Of a stretch of DNA of 64,000 nt, positions 30,580 to 38,430 are shown one piece after another. The number at the start of each line of letters is the position of its first letter. Within the stretch, counting starts at the first letter, position 1. The notes beneath the pieces are model-generated. The model was not told where the DNA came from, did no database searches, and saw nothing but the letters and a program-made list of their open reading frames with translations. The position numbers were made by a program, and so were the translations under genes. The stretch covers positions 2,144,001 through 2,208,000 of the forward strand of contig OY970067.1 of NCBI GenBank assembly GCA_963705305.1. The letters are read 5' to 3'. Source of the DNA: an uncultured Methylomirabilota bacterium. GTDB lineage: Bacteria > Methylomirabilota > Methylomirabilia > Methylomirabilales > 2-02-FULL-66-22.

Positions 30580-31329
30580 ATGGAGTTCGCGGGACAGACG
30601 GCGATCGTGACAGGAGTTGCCCGGGGATTTGGGCGGGCCATCGTGCGGCGGCTGGCGCGCGGGGGCGCCCGGGTGGTGGCGGCGGACATCAACCTGCCCG
30701 GCGCCGAGGAGACGGTGGCCCTGACCAAGAAAGACGGCGGCGAGGCGACGGCGGTGAAGGTGGATGTGGCCTCGGCAGTATCCGTGGATGCCCTGCTCAA
30801 AGAAGCCCTGGCCCGGTATGGGAACCGGGTGGACGTCCTGGTCAACAACGCCGGGATCTGGAAGCTGGTTCCGACGGAGGAGACCAGCGAGGAGGAATGG
30901 GACCGGATCGTCAACGTGAACATGAAGGGGACGTTCCTGTGCTGCCGGGCCGTCATTCCCGTCATGCGGAAGCAGGGCCGCGGCCACATCGTCAATATCG
31001 CCTCCATTGCGGCGCGGAACGGCGGCACCATGGCCGGCATCCACTACGTGGCCTCCAAGGGCGGCGTCCTGGCCATGACCAAGAAGCTGGCCAAGGAGCT
31101 GGGGCAGTACGGCATCGTGGTCAACGGCCTGAACCCCGGCACCAGCGGAACGGAGATGACGAGGGACTGGCCGGCCAGTGTCATGGAGGGGATCGCCAAG
31201 AACACGCCGCTGGGCCGTCTGGTGGAGCCAGAGGATATCGCCGACGTGGCGGCCTTCCTGGCGTCGGATGCCGCCCGCTTCGTGCACGGCGAGACGGTGG
31301 AGGTGAACGGCGGCATCCTCTGCGACTGA
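30580..31329 (+). CDS. SDR family oxidoreductase (FabG-like)
   Basis: TGVARGFG, NNAG, YVASK; RBS GAGGAGG. Confidence 0.92.
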   Translation: MEFAGQTAIVTGVARGFGRAIVRRLARGGARVVAADINLPGAEETVALTKKDGGEATAVKVDVASAVSVDALLKEALARYGNRVDVLVNNAGIWKLVPTEETSEEEWDRIVNVNMKGTFLCCRAVIPVMRKQGRGHIVNIASIAARNGGTMAGIHYVASKGGVLAMTKKLAKELGQYGIVVNGLNPGTSGTEMTRDWPASVMEGIAKNTPLGRLVEPEDIADVAAFLASDAARFVHGETVEVNGGILCD

Positions 31330-31340
31330 GAACCAAGAAC

Positions 31341-31799
31341 GATCCGCAGATTACGCAGATCGCGCAGATAGTGCCGAGGTATCTCAGATGCGAGGCTCCG
31401 AGGATGATCGCAGAACCTTCGCCATCATTGGTGCCGCCATGGAGTATCATCGCATTCTGGGGCCGGGATTCCTGGAGGCAGTTTACCGGGAGGCATTCAG
31501 CAAGGAGCTCCTGCGCCGAGAGATCCCGTTTCGGGCTGAGGTGGAACTGCCCGTCCATTACAAAGGCGAACGGCTGTCGACATCGTACCGGGCCGACTTC
31601 GTCTGCTTCGACTCGGTCATCGTGGAATTGAAGGCGCTTACGCAGGTGACCGGAGTGGAGGAGGCCCAGGTGCTCAACTATCTGAAAGCGACGGGATATA
31701 CAATCGGCCTCTTGATGAATTTCGGGGCGCGATCGCTGCAATACAAGCGCCTCATCTTCTCCCATAGAGAATCTGCGGGTTCTGCGTAATCTGCGGATC
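31341..31799. mobile_element. GxxExxY cassette bounded by 29-bp inverted arrays of 9-bp repeats
   Basis: GATC-CGCAGAT-TA-CGCAGAT-CG-CGCAGAT (31341-31369) matches the reverse complement of 31771-31799 at 27/29. Confidence 0.75.
31388..31789 (+). CDS. GxxExxY protein (PD-(D/E)XK nuclease fold)
   Basis: LGPGFLEAVY, YRADFV, IVELKA, AQVLNYLKATG, GLLMNFG. Confidence 0.93.
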   Translation: MRGSEDDRRTFAIIGAAMEYHRILGPGFLEAVYREAFSKELLRREIPFRAEVELPVHYKGERLSTSYRADFVCFDSVIVELKALTQVTGVEEAQVLNYLKATGYTIGLLMNFGARSLQYKRLIFSHRESAGSA

Positions 31800-31816
31800 C
31801 AGTTGAAGGAGTGGAT

Positions 31817-33001
31817 ATGGCGTGGCTGTTGATGCGGGGCGGGCACGTCTTTGATCCCGAGGATCGGGGCATCGCCGATATCTTGATCGTGGACGGGCGG
31901 ATCGCCGCGGTCGGGCCGAGTCTCGCCGTCCCGACCGGCATCGGCGACGGGGAGACCGTCGTGATCGCTGATCGGGTGGTGCTCCCAGGGCTGATCGACG
32001 GGCACCTCCACGTCATGGGCGCCAGCGGGATGGGTGGGCCGACAACCCGGACGACCGATCTCCAGATCGAGCGAATCGCAGGCGCCGGGGTCACCACTGC
32101 GGTCTCGCCCCTGGGAGCGGATAGCCTGAGCCGGACCATCCCGGCGCTCCTGGCCCGGGCAGCGGCGCTGGAGGCCGAAGGTCTCACTGCCTACTGCTAT
32201 ACAGGCGGGTGGCGGCACCCGGTGCCGACGCTGACCGGAGACCCCCAAGCGGATGTGGCTTTCGTGGATCGGGTGCTCGGCGTGAAGGCGGCCATCTCCG
32301 AGCCCATGGCGCCTGTCTACTCGCTGGAGGAGCTGTGCCGGCTGGCGCATGCCGCGTTCACGGGCGGGCGCCTGGCGGGAAAGGCGGCGGTCCTGCACGC
32401 GCACGTGGGGGACGAGCCCGACGGCCTTACGCCGCTCTGGGAAATCCAACGGCGAACGGGCATCCCGGCTCACCGACTGGTGGCCACGCACGTCAACCGG
32501 AACTCCCATCTCTGGACCCAGGCCCGGGAATACGCGCGGGCCGGGGGGAGCATCGACATCACCGGCATGCAGCGGCCGGAGACGGGGCACCCGAAGGCGC
32601 TGCCTCCGGCCAGGGCGATCCAGGAGGCGCTGGCGGAGCGAGTGCCGCCGGAACGGATCACCCTCAGCACCGACAGCGGGGCGGCCTACCCGCGCACGGA
32701 TGCATCCGGTCGGGTCGTGGGCCATTACATGGCCGGGCCGGAGTCGCTGCTGTTGACCATCCGGGAGCTGGCGCAGGAGGGCGGGCTGTCGTGGGGCCAA
32801 GCGGCCAGTTTCTGCACGGCACACCCTGCGGATCTTCTCGGCCTGTCTCGCAAGGGCTACCTGCGGCCGGGACGGGACGCGGACCTCGTGCTCCTCGGCA
32901 GAGCGGGGAACGTGGAGTCCGTCCTGGCGCGCGGATCCTTCCTGGTGCGGGAGGGCCGCAAGGCGGTCTGCGGCAGCTTCGGTGAAGGCGGGGCGAGCTG
33001 A
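31817..33001 (+). CDS. Beta-aspartyl peptidase (isoaspartyl dipeptidase, IadA-like amidohydrolase)
   Basis: PGLIDGHLH, GVTT, HAHVG, THVNR, STDSG. Confidence 0.85.
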   Translation: MAWLLMRGGHVFDPEDRGIADILIVDGRIAAVGPSLAVPTGIGDGETVVIADRVVLPGLIDGHLHVMGASGMGGPTTRTTDLQIERIAGAGVTTAVSPLGADSLSRTIPALLARAAALEAEGLTAYCYTGGWRHPVPTLTGDPQADVAFVDRVLGVKAAISEPMAPVYSLEELCRLAHAAFTGGRLAGKAAVLHAHVGDEPDGLTPLWEIQRRTGIPAHRLVATHVNRNSHLWTQAREYARAGGSIDITGMQRPETGHPKALPPARAIQEALAERVPPERITLSTDSGAAYPRTDASGRVVGHYMAGPESLLLTIRELAQEGGLSWGQAASFCTAHPADLLGLSRKGYLRPGRDADLVLLGRAGNVESVLARGSFLVREGRKAVCGSFGEGGAS

Positions 33002-33082
33002 GAAGCTGGCTCGTGGGGAGCGCGGCGCCGAATTCGGGCTGCGCCCTTCGACGAAAAAAGGGGAGCAGAGGAGCGGAATCAC

Positions 33083-34165
33083 ATGGCGACGTATGCAATC
33101 GCAGTGCTGCCGGGCGATGGGATCGGCCTGGAGGTGATGGCGGAGGCGTTGAAGGTTCTGCGGGCGGTGGAGAGCGCATTCCCGGGCCTGCGCTTTGCCT
33201 GCCGGGAGCACCCGGTGGGGGCCCGCTGCTACCGGGAGACGGGGACCGACCTTCCGGACGCCACGCTGGAGGCATGCCGGGCGGCGGATGCGATCCTGCT
33301 GGGGGCCGCCGGGCTTCCAGACATCCGCTGGCCGGATGGGACGGAGATCCGGCCGCAGGTCACCCTGCGCTTCCTCCTGGACCTGTACGCCGGCATCCGC
33401 CCCATCAAGAAGTACGCCGGGATCCCCGCCGTGCTGGCCGGTGATCCCCCGATCGACTATGTCATCCTGCGGGAGAACACGGAGGGGTTGTTCGCCGGCG
33501 GCTTGCGGGTGGGCGGGCACGTGGCCATGGACAGCATGGTCATCACGCGGCCCGGGACCGAGCGGATCGTGCGCTATGCCTTCCGCCTGGCCGAAAGACG
33601 AGGCGGGGCGCCGCCGGGCGGCCAGCGGCGGGTGACCTGCGTGGACAAGGCCAATGTCCTGAAAAGCATGGCCTTCTTCCGCCAGGTCTTTGACGATGTG
33701 GCAAAGGGATTCCCCGCCATATCGACCGACCATGCCTACGTGGATGCCATGACGCTGTATATGGTCCAACGGCCCCTGCGCTTCGACGTGGTCGTGACAG
33801 AGAACATGTTCGGAGACATCATCTCCGATCTGGGTGCGGGAACGATCGGGGGGATGGGGGTGGCCCCATCGGCCGACGTGGGGGACGCGCACGGCATCTT
33901 CCAGCCGTCCCACGGCACGGCGCCGGACATCGCCGGGAAGGGCATCGCCAATCCGATCGGCCAGATCCTCTCCGTCCGGATGATGCTGGAGTGGCTGGCC
34001 GACCGGAAGCGGGACGCCCAGCTGGGCCGGGCGGCCGCCGCCATCGAGAAGGCGGTGGAGGCCACGCTGGCCGACCCCCGCAACCACACCGCCGACCTGG
34101 GCGGGAGAGCTTCCACTCAGGCCGTGGGCGACGCCGTGGTTGCGGCACTCCGGCCGCCTCGCTAG
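33083..34165 (+). CDS. Isocitrate/isopropylmalate/tartrate dehydrogenase family protein
   Basis: LPGDGIGLEV, RENTEG, DKANVL, ENMFGDIISD, HGTAPDIAGKGIANP. Confidence 0.92.
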   Translation: MATYAIAVLPGDGIGLEVMAEALKVLRAVESAFPGLRFACREHPVGARCYRETGTDLPDATLEACRAADAILLGAAGLPDIRWPDGTEIRPQVTLRFLLDLYAGIRPIKKYAGIPAVLAGDPPIDYVILRENTEGLFAGGLRVGGHVAMDSMVITRPGTERIVRYAFRLAERRGGAPPGGQRRVTCVDKANVLKSMAFFRQVFDDVAKGFPAISTDHAYVDAMTLYMVQRPLRFDVVVTENMFGDIISDLGAGTIGGMGVAPSADVGDAHGIFQPSHGTAPDIAGKGIANPIGQILSVRMMLEWLADRKRDAQLGRAAAAIEKAVEATLADPRNHTADLGGRASTQAVGDAVVAALRPPR

Positions 34166-34306
34166 CGCGTGTGGGAAGGCCGGTCAATGACGAATGTCCA
34201 CCGCTGTGTTATGTATAAGGAGGATGTTGCGACCGCCGGTTCCCATGGCAACCCTCACGGTGCGTTGCGACGCCCTCGAGAATCTTTTTCCGGGAGGTAA
34301 GACATC

Positions 34307-35350
34307 ATGGATCGACCGATTCTTGGCATTACCATGGGGGACCCCGCCAGCATCGGGCCGGAGATCGCGGCCAAGGCCCTGGCGGATCCCTCGGTGTACG
34401 CGAAGTCCCGGCCGTTCGTCATCGGCGACCGCCGCGCCATGGCCGATGCGCTCCGGATCACCAAGCTCCCGTTGGCCATCGCGACCATCTCGAAGGTGGC
34501 CGAGGCGCGCTTCGCGTCGGGCACGATGGACGTCCTGGATCTCGCCAACGTGGACATGGCCAAGCTGGTATACGGGAAGGTCAGCGCCATGTGCGGCAAG
34601 GCCTCGGTGGAGTATATCGAGAAGGGGATCGCCCTGGCCCTGGCGGGCGAGATCGATGCCGTCGTCACCGGGCCCATCCACAAGGAGTCCATCAACCAGG
34701 CCGGGTGCCCCCACCCGGGCCACACGGAGATCTTCGGAGCCCTGACCAACACCAAGGACTACGCGATGATGCTGCTGGGCGAGGACCTCCGGGTGGTGCA
34801 CGTGTCCACCCACGTCTCGCTCCGCCAGGCGATCGAGCGCACCAAGAAACCGCGCGTCCTGACCGTCATCCGGCTGGCCGATCGGGCGCTCAAGGCGCTG
34901 GGCATCGCCGAGCCGAAGATCGCCGTGGCCGGCCTGAACCCCCACGCCGGCGAGCACGGGCTGTTCGGCGACGAGGAGATCAAGGAGATCATTCCGGCGA
35001 TCGAGGCGGCCAAGGCGGAAGGCATCAAGGTGGATGGCCCGATCGCCCCGGACACCGTCTTCGGGCGCGCCCGCGGCGGCCTCTACGACATCGTGGTCTG
35101 CATGTACCACGACCAGGGGCACGTCCCCCTGAAGACCCTGGGCTTCACGTTCGACAGGGCCACCCAGAAGTGGACGTCGGTGAGCGGGGTGAATGTCACC
35201 TTGGGGCTGCCCATCATCCGGACGTTGGTGGACCACGGGACGGCCTTCGGCAAGGCGGGCAAGGGAACGGCTGCCCAGCAGAGCATGCTGGACGCCATCG
35301 ATGTGGCCGTAAAGCTGGCCCAGGGACGCAAGAAGGGCCTGTCGGCCTAG
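34307..35350 (+). CDS. pdxA: 4-hydroxythreonine-4-phosphate/D-threonate-4-phosphate dehydrogenase (PdxA/PdxA2)
   Basis: TMGDPASIGPEI, GHTE, GLNPHAGE, MYHDQG, DHGTAF; clustered with the DUF1537 kinase. Confidence 0.92.
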   Translation: MDRPILGITMGDPASIGPEIAAKALADPSVYAKSRPFVIGDRRAMADALRITKLPLAIATISKVAEARFASGTMDVLDLANVDMAKLVYGKVSAMCGKASVEYIEKGIALALAGEIDAVVTGPIHKESINQAGCPHPGHTEIFGALTNTKDYAMMLLGEDLRVVHVSTHVSLRQAIERTKKPRVLTVIRLADRALKALGIAEPKIAVAGLNPHAGEHGLFGDEEIKEIIPAIEAAKAEGIKVDGPIAPDTVFGRARGGLYDIVVCMYHDQGHVPLKTLGFTFDRATQKWTSVSGVNVTLGLPIIRTLVDHGTAFGKAGKGTAAQQSMLDAIDVAVKLAQGRKKGLSA

Positions 35351-35560
35351 CAGGCTGCTCAAAAAGGCCCATCTGCCGGGTACCCATCTGATGGGTGCCC
35401 ATCCTTCGGATGGGTACCCCGCCCGCTCGCGCACTCGCTGCGGCGTACCGGAAGTATGCCTTGACCCGCACGTGGCGGGTGCCCCGCGCTTTGCGGGCCG
35501 CCTTGCATCTGGACCTTTTTGAGCAGCCCGGGCGAAGACGAGTTTTTCAGGATCCTGCTA
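35348..35560. repeat. Palindromic MITE/REP-like element, copy B
   Basis: TAGCAGGCTGCTCAAAAA...TTTTTCAGGATCCTGCTA outer IR with CTAG at both junctions; left end overlaps the pdxA stop codon; homologous to 15030-15223. Confidence 0.8.
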
Positions 35561-35962
35561 GCGTAGCGGTCTGAAATCCGCCGGCTTTTCCCGAGCCCCT
35601 GGTCTGCACCAAGGCACCGGACCCGCGACGCCCGGACGGATCTGGGGGCCTGTGCGCCTCCGTGCGCACGGCGTGTCCCGTCCCGCCGCCGCAGTGTCCG
35701 GGCGGGCGGCCCGACGGCCGGAGATTCGTCGCGCGACGTTGGCTCAGGCTGCCCGATCTCCGCTCGGCCCTGGTCGGCAGTACCCCCGATTCTCGGACCG
35801 GACCTCCCCCCTCCCTGGTCTTGTATCCGTAGCCCCCCGTGTTACTGCGACGGGGGGCTTGCCGTTTGAACTCCGCAAGGAGAGGCGCTATATTCGCAGC
35901 CACCTTGCTGTGACCTCTGGTGTCGCGAGCCAGATGGCTTCCCTGCCATAGGAGGTACACCT

Positions 35963-36652
35963 ATGAACGCGTATCCGTATGAAATCCACCTGCTACTCCG
36001 GTTAGTGCTCGCCGTTCTCTGCGGGGCTGCCTTGGGGTATGAGCGGGAGCGCCACGGGCGGAGCGCCGGGCTCCGCACCAACCTCCTCGTGTGCGTCGGG
36101 GCCGCCCTCATGATGGTGCTCTCGAAGTACTTCTACTACAAGCCGGGGGAGGTGGCCGCCACCATCCCGGTTGCCCTCGACCCCGCCCGGATCGCGGCGC
36201 AGATCGTGTCGGGGATCGGCTTCCTCGGGGCGGGCGTGATCCTCAAGGACCGCGGGGGCGCCCGGGGATTGACCACGGCAGCGACCCTCTGGTTCAACGC
36301 GGGGGTCGGGATGGCCTGTGGGGCGGGCATGCTGCTCCTGCCGCTCTTCTGCACGGGCCTCGGCCTGGTGTCCCTCACGGCCGTCAAGCAGTGGGAAGGG
36401 CACATCCGCCGGGACAGCTACAAGACGATCGCGGTGGACTGCCAGGATCGGAATGGCCCGCTCCTGGCCCACCTCACACAGTACCTCACCACCCAGCACC
36501 TCCAGATCCTCAATGTGAATTTCAGCACCACCGCCGCAGACGGGGCGACGTACGAATTCGCCGTCAGAGGCCCCTGGCGGGATCTGGAGCTGCTCACGCG
36601 CCTTAATGACTTGATGGGGATGGACGGCATCGCCCGGGTCCGGGTGGGGTGA
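35963..36652 (+). CDS. mgtC: MgtC/SapB family protein
   Basis: GYERE, AGLRT, DPARIAAQIVSGIGFLGAG, GLTTAATLW. Confidence 0.92.
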   Translation: MNAYPYEIHLLLRLVLAVLCGAALGYERERHGRSAGLRTNLLVCVGAALMMVLSKYFYYKPGEVAATIPVALDPARIAAQIVSGIGFLGAGVILKDRGGARGLTTAATLWFNAGVGMACGAGMLLLPLFCTGLGLVSLTAVKQWEGHIRRDSYKTIAVDCQDRNGPLLAHLTQYLTTQHLQILNVNFSTTAADGATYEFAVRGPWRDLELLTRLNDLMGMDGIARVRVG

Positions 36653-36787
36653 GCGCTACCGGGCGTCGTGAGTGCGCGAGCGCCCGCACGATTGCAGGAC
36701 GAGAGCCGGCCCGCCGGACAGCGGTTTATACTGGACGCTCCGCTGTTGCGCTCGCGGGATTGTTTCCGACCAGTGCCCAGGTTTGCC

Positions 36788-36988
36788 CTACCCGCTACAC
36801 AAAGGTGTTGAAGATTCGCTTGTCAATAGGCGCGATTCCTCTGTGGTTACAGCGCATTCCGTCCTTTTCGGATTGAGCTGACATCGAGGAAGATTTCTTC
36901 CCCGACAAGGCGTTCCGATTCGGTCAACCAATTCATGCCGTTACTAGCGAAACGCCGACCGTTATCAACACCTTTGTGTAACGGCTAG
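36788..36988. mobile_element. 201-bp MITE sharing the ends of the IS at 8060-10018
   Basis: Right TIR identical (36965-36988), left TIR 22/24 (36788-36811); own 9-bp TSD AGGTTTGCC (36779-36787 / 36989-36997); no transposase. Confidence 0.93.
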
Positions 36989-37034
36989 AGGTTTGCCCTG
37001 CTTGGGGAGCCATGCGGGACTCGAACTGTGCACC

Positions 37035-37319
37035 TCATCCGATAGGACCGAGGCCAGGGTCACCACAGGAAGTAGCCCCATCCTGTGAGCCAGCGCCGCC
37101 ACCGATTTGCAGCATCTGGGCCAAGGTGAGCGCGAACACCACCATGATGATGTAGCCCATCGCCAGCACGGCGAACCATCCCAGCAGGTGGAGAAAGGCG
37201 GGGAAGTCCTTGCCTTGCAGCAGATTAGAGAACCACCGATTCCATTGGGTAAGGGGCACCGTCACGAGGACGCTCCCGAAGAGGAGCGAGCCCGGCTTCT
37301 TCTGGACCCGGCGCGCCAC
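37035..37319 (-). CDS. Small hypothetical membrane protein
   Basis: Two to three hydrophobic segments, co-oriented with the glycosyltransferase genes. Confidence 0.4.
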   Translation of the reverse strand: MARRVQKKPGSLLFGSVLVTVPLTQWNRWFSNLLQGKDFPAFLHLLGWFAVLAMGYIIMVVFALTLAQMLQIGGGAGSQDGATSCGDPGLGPIG

Positions 37320-37427
37320 ACCGAATCATCTGAGGCTTATCCCGGGCAGATCGATCTCAAGCCGTAGTGCGGGCGCCTGCCGGCTGCCGGCTGGGGCAAG
37401 GTGATAGCGCGGGCAAACCGGCAGGCC

Positions 37428-38420
37428 TCAAGGGCGACGCCGGTTGTCCGGGCCCACGGCGGTGCCGTTCCTGAAGGCGTTTCTTACTATGAACATCGGC
37501 CGGCCGCGAACCTGTTCGTGCATGCGGCCCAGGTACTGCCCCATAATCCCCAACACGAAAAGCTGAATGCTGCCCATGACCGTCACGACGATCATCAGGC
37601 TCGCCCAGCCTTGGGGGGTCTTGCCGACGAAGAGCCAGGAGTAGAGGATGTAGCCGAGCAGGACCAGGCTTCCGGCCGCAAAGAGCAGTCCGGCGTAGCT
37701 GGCCAGCGCCAGGGGTCGGGTGGAAAAGGCGACTATGCCGTCGAGCGCCAGCCGCAGGAGGTGCCAGAAAGGATATTTGGTCTTCCCTGCGACGCGGCTG
37801 TCGCGGTCGTAGAGAAAAGGCGTCTGGCGGAAGCCGACCCAGCTCACCATGCCGCGGATGAAGCGGTGGCGTTCCGGCATTTGCAGGATCAGCTCCAGCA
37901 CTCGTCTTGAGATGAGGCGAAAATCACCGGCATCGACGGGAATGGGGATGTCCGACAAAGCTCTCAGAAAACGGTAGAAAACCGAGCAGGCCATGCGCTT
38001 TAGCACACCGTCTCCCGGCCGGCTTCGGCGCTGGGCGTAGACGACGTCGGCCCCTTCATCCATCAGCGCGAGCATCCGGGGCAGCAGTTCGGGGGGGTCC
38101 TGCAGGTCGGCGTCCATGATGAGAATCCGATCCGCCGTGCAGTAATGCAGTCCGGCCGAGATGGCAAGTTGATGGCCGTGGTTGCGCGAAAGGTCCAGCA
38201 CCACTACCGCCGGATCATCGCGGCTGAATTGGACTACCTGGAGGAGTGTGTCATCGGTGGAGCCGTCGTTTACAAAAACGATCTCGTAGGCCTTCCCGAG
38301 CGAGTCTCCTACCGCCTTGACGCGGCGATAGGTTTCCGGGAGCGCCGCCGCCTCGTTATAGCAGGGCAAAAGAAAGCTTACGAAAGGGCGGGCGGGATTT
38401 TGCGCGGAAGATACGTCCAT
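37428..38420 (-). CDS. GT2 polyprenol-phosphate glycosyltransferase (GtrB/ArnC-like)
   Basis: PCYNE, VNDGSTD, LSRNHGHQ, MDADLQDPP, two C-terminal TMs. Confidence 0.93.
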   Translation of the reverse strand: MDVSSAQNPARPFVSFLLPCYNEAAALPETYRRVKAVGDSLGKAYEIVFVNDGSTDDTLLQVVQFSRDDPAVVVLDLSRNHGHQLAISAGLHYCTADRILIMDADLQDPPELLPRMLALMDEGADVVYAQRRSRPGDGVLKRMACSVFYRFLRALSDIPIPVDAGDFRLISRRVLELILQMPERHRFIRGMVSWVGFRQTPFLYDRDSRVAGKTKYPFWHLLRLALDGIVAFSTRPLALASYAGLLFAAGSLVLLGYILYSWLFVGKTPQGWASLMIVVTVMGSIQLFVLGIMGQYLGRMHEQVRGRPMFIVRNAFRNGTAVGPDNRRRP

Positions 38421-38430
38421 GTGGACCACC

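Noticed and set aside
31181..34087. 968-aa minus-strand ORF (likewise 15214-17028, 22201-24162, 51333-53738, 53714-55570)
   Set aside because: Antisense shadows of well-supported genes in high-GC DNA, with no recognisable motifs.
35560..35960. M-box (ykoK) riboswitch upstream of mgtC
   Set aside because: Hairpins are present but I could not find the conserved M-box sequence blocks; cmscan would settle it.
8060..36988. Composite transposon bounded by the IS and the MITE
   Set aside because: Each element has its own distinct 9-bp TSD on both sides, so they are independent insertions.
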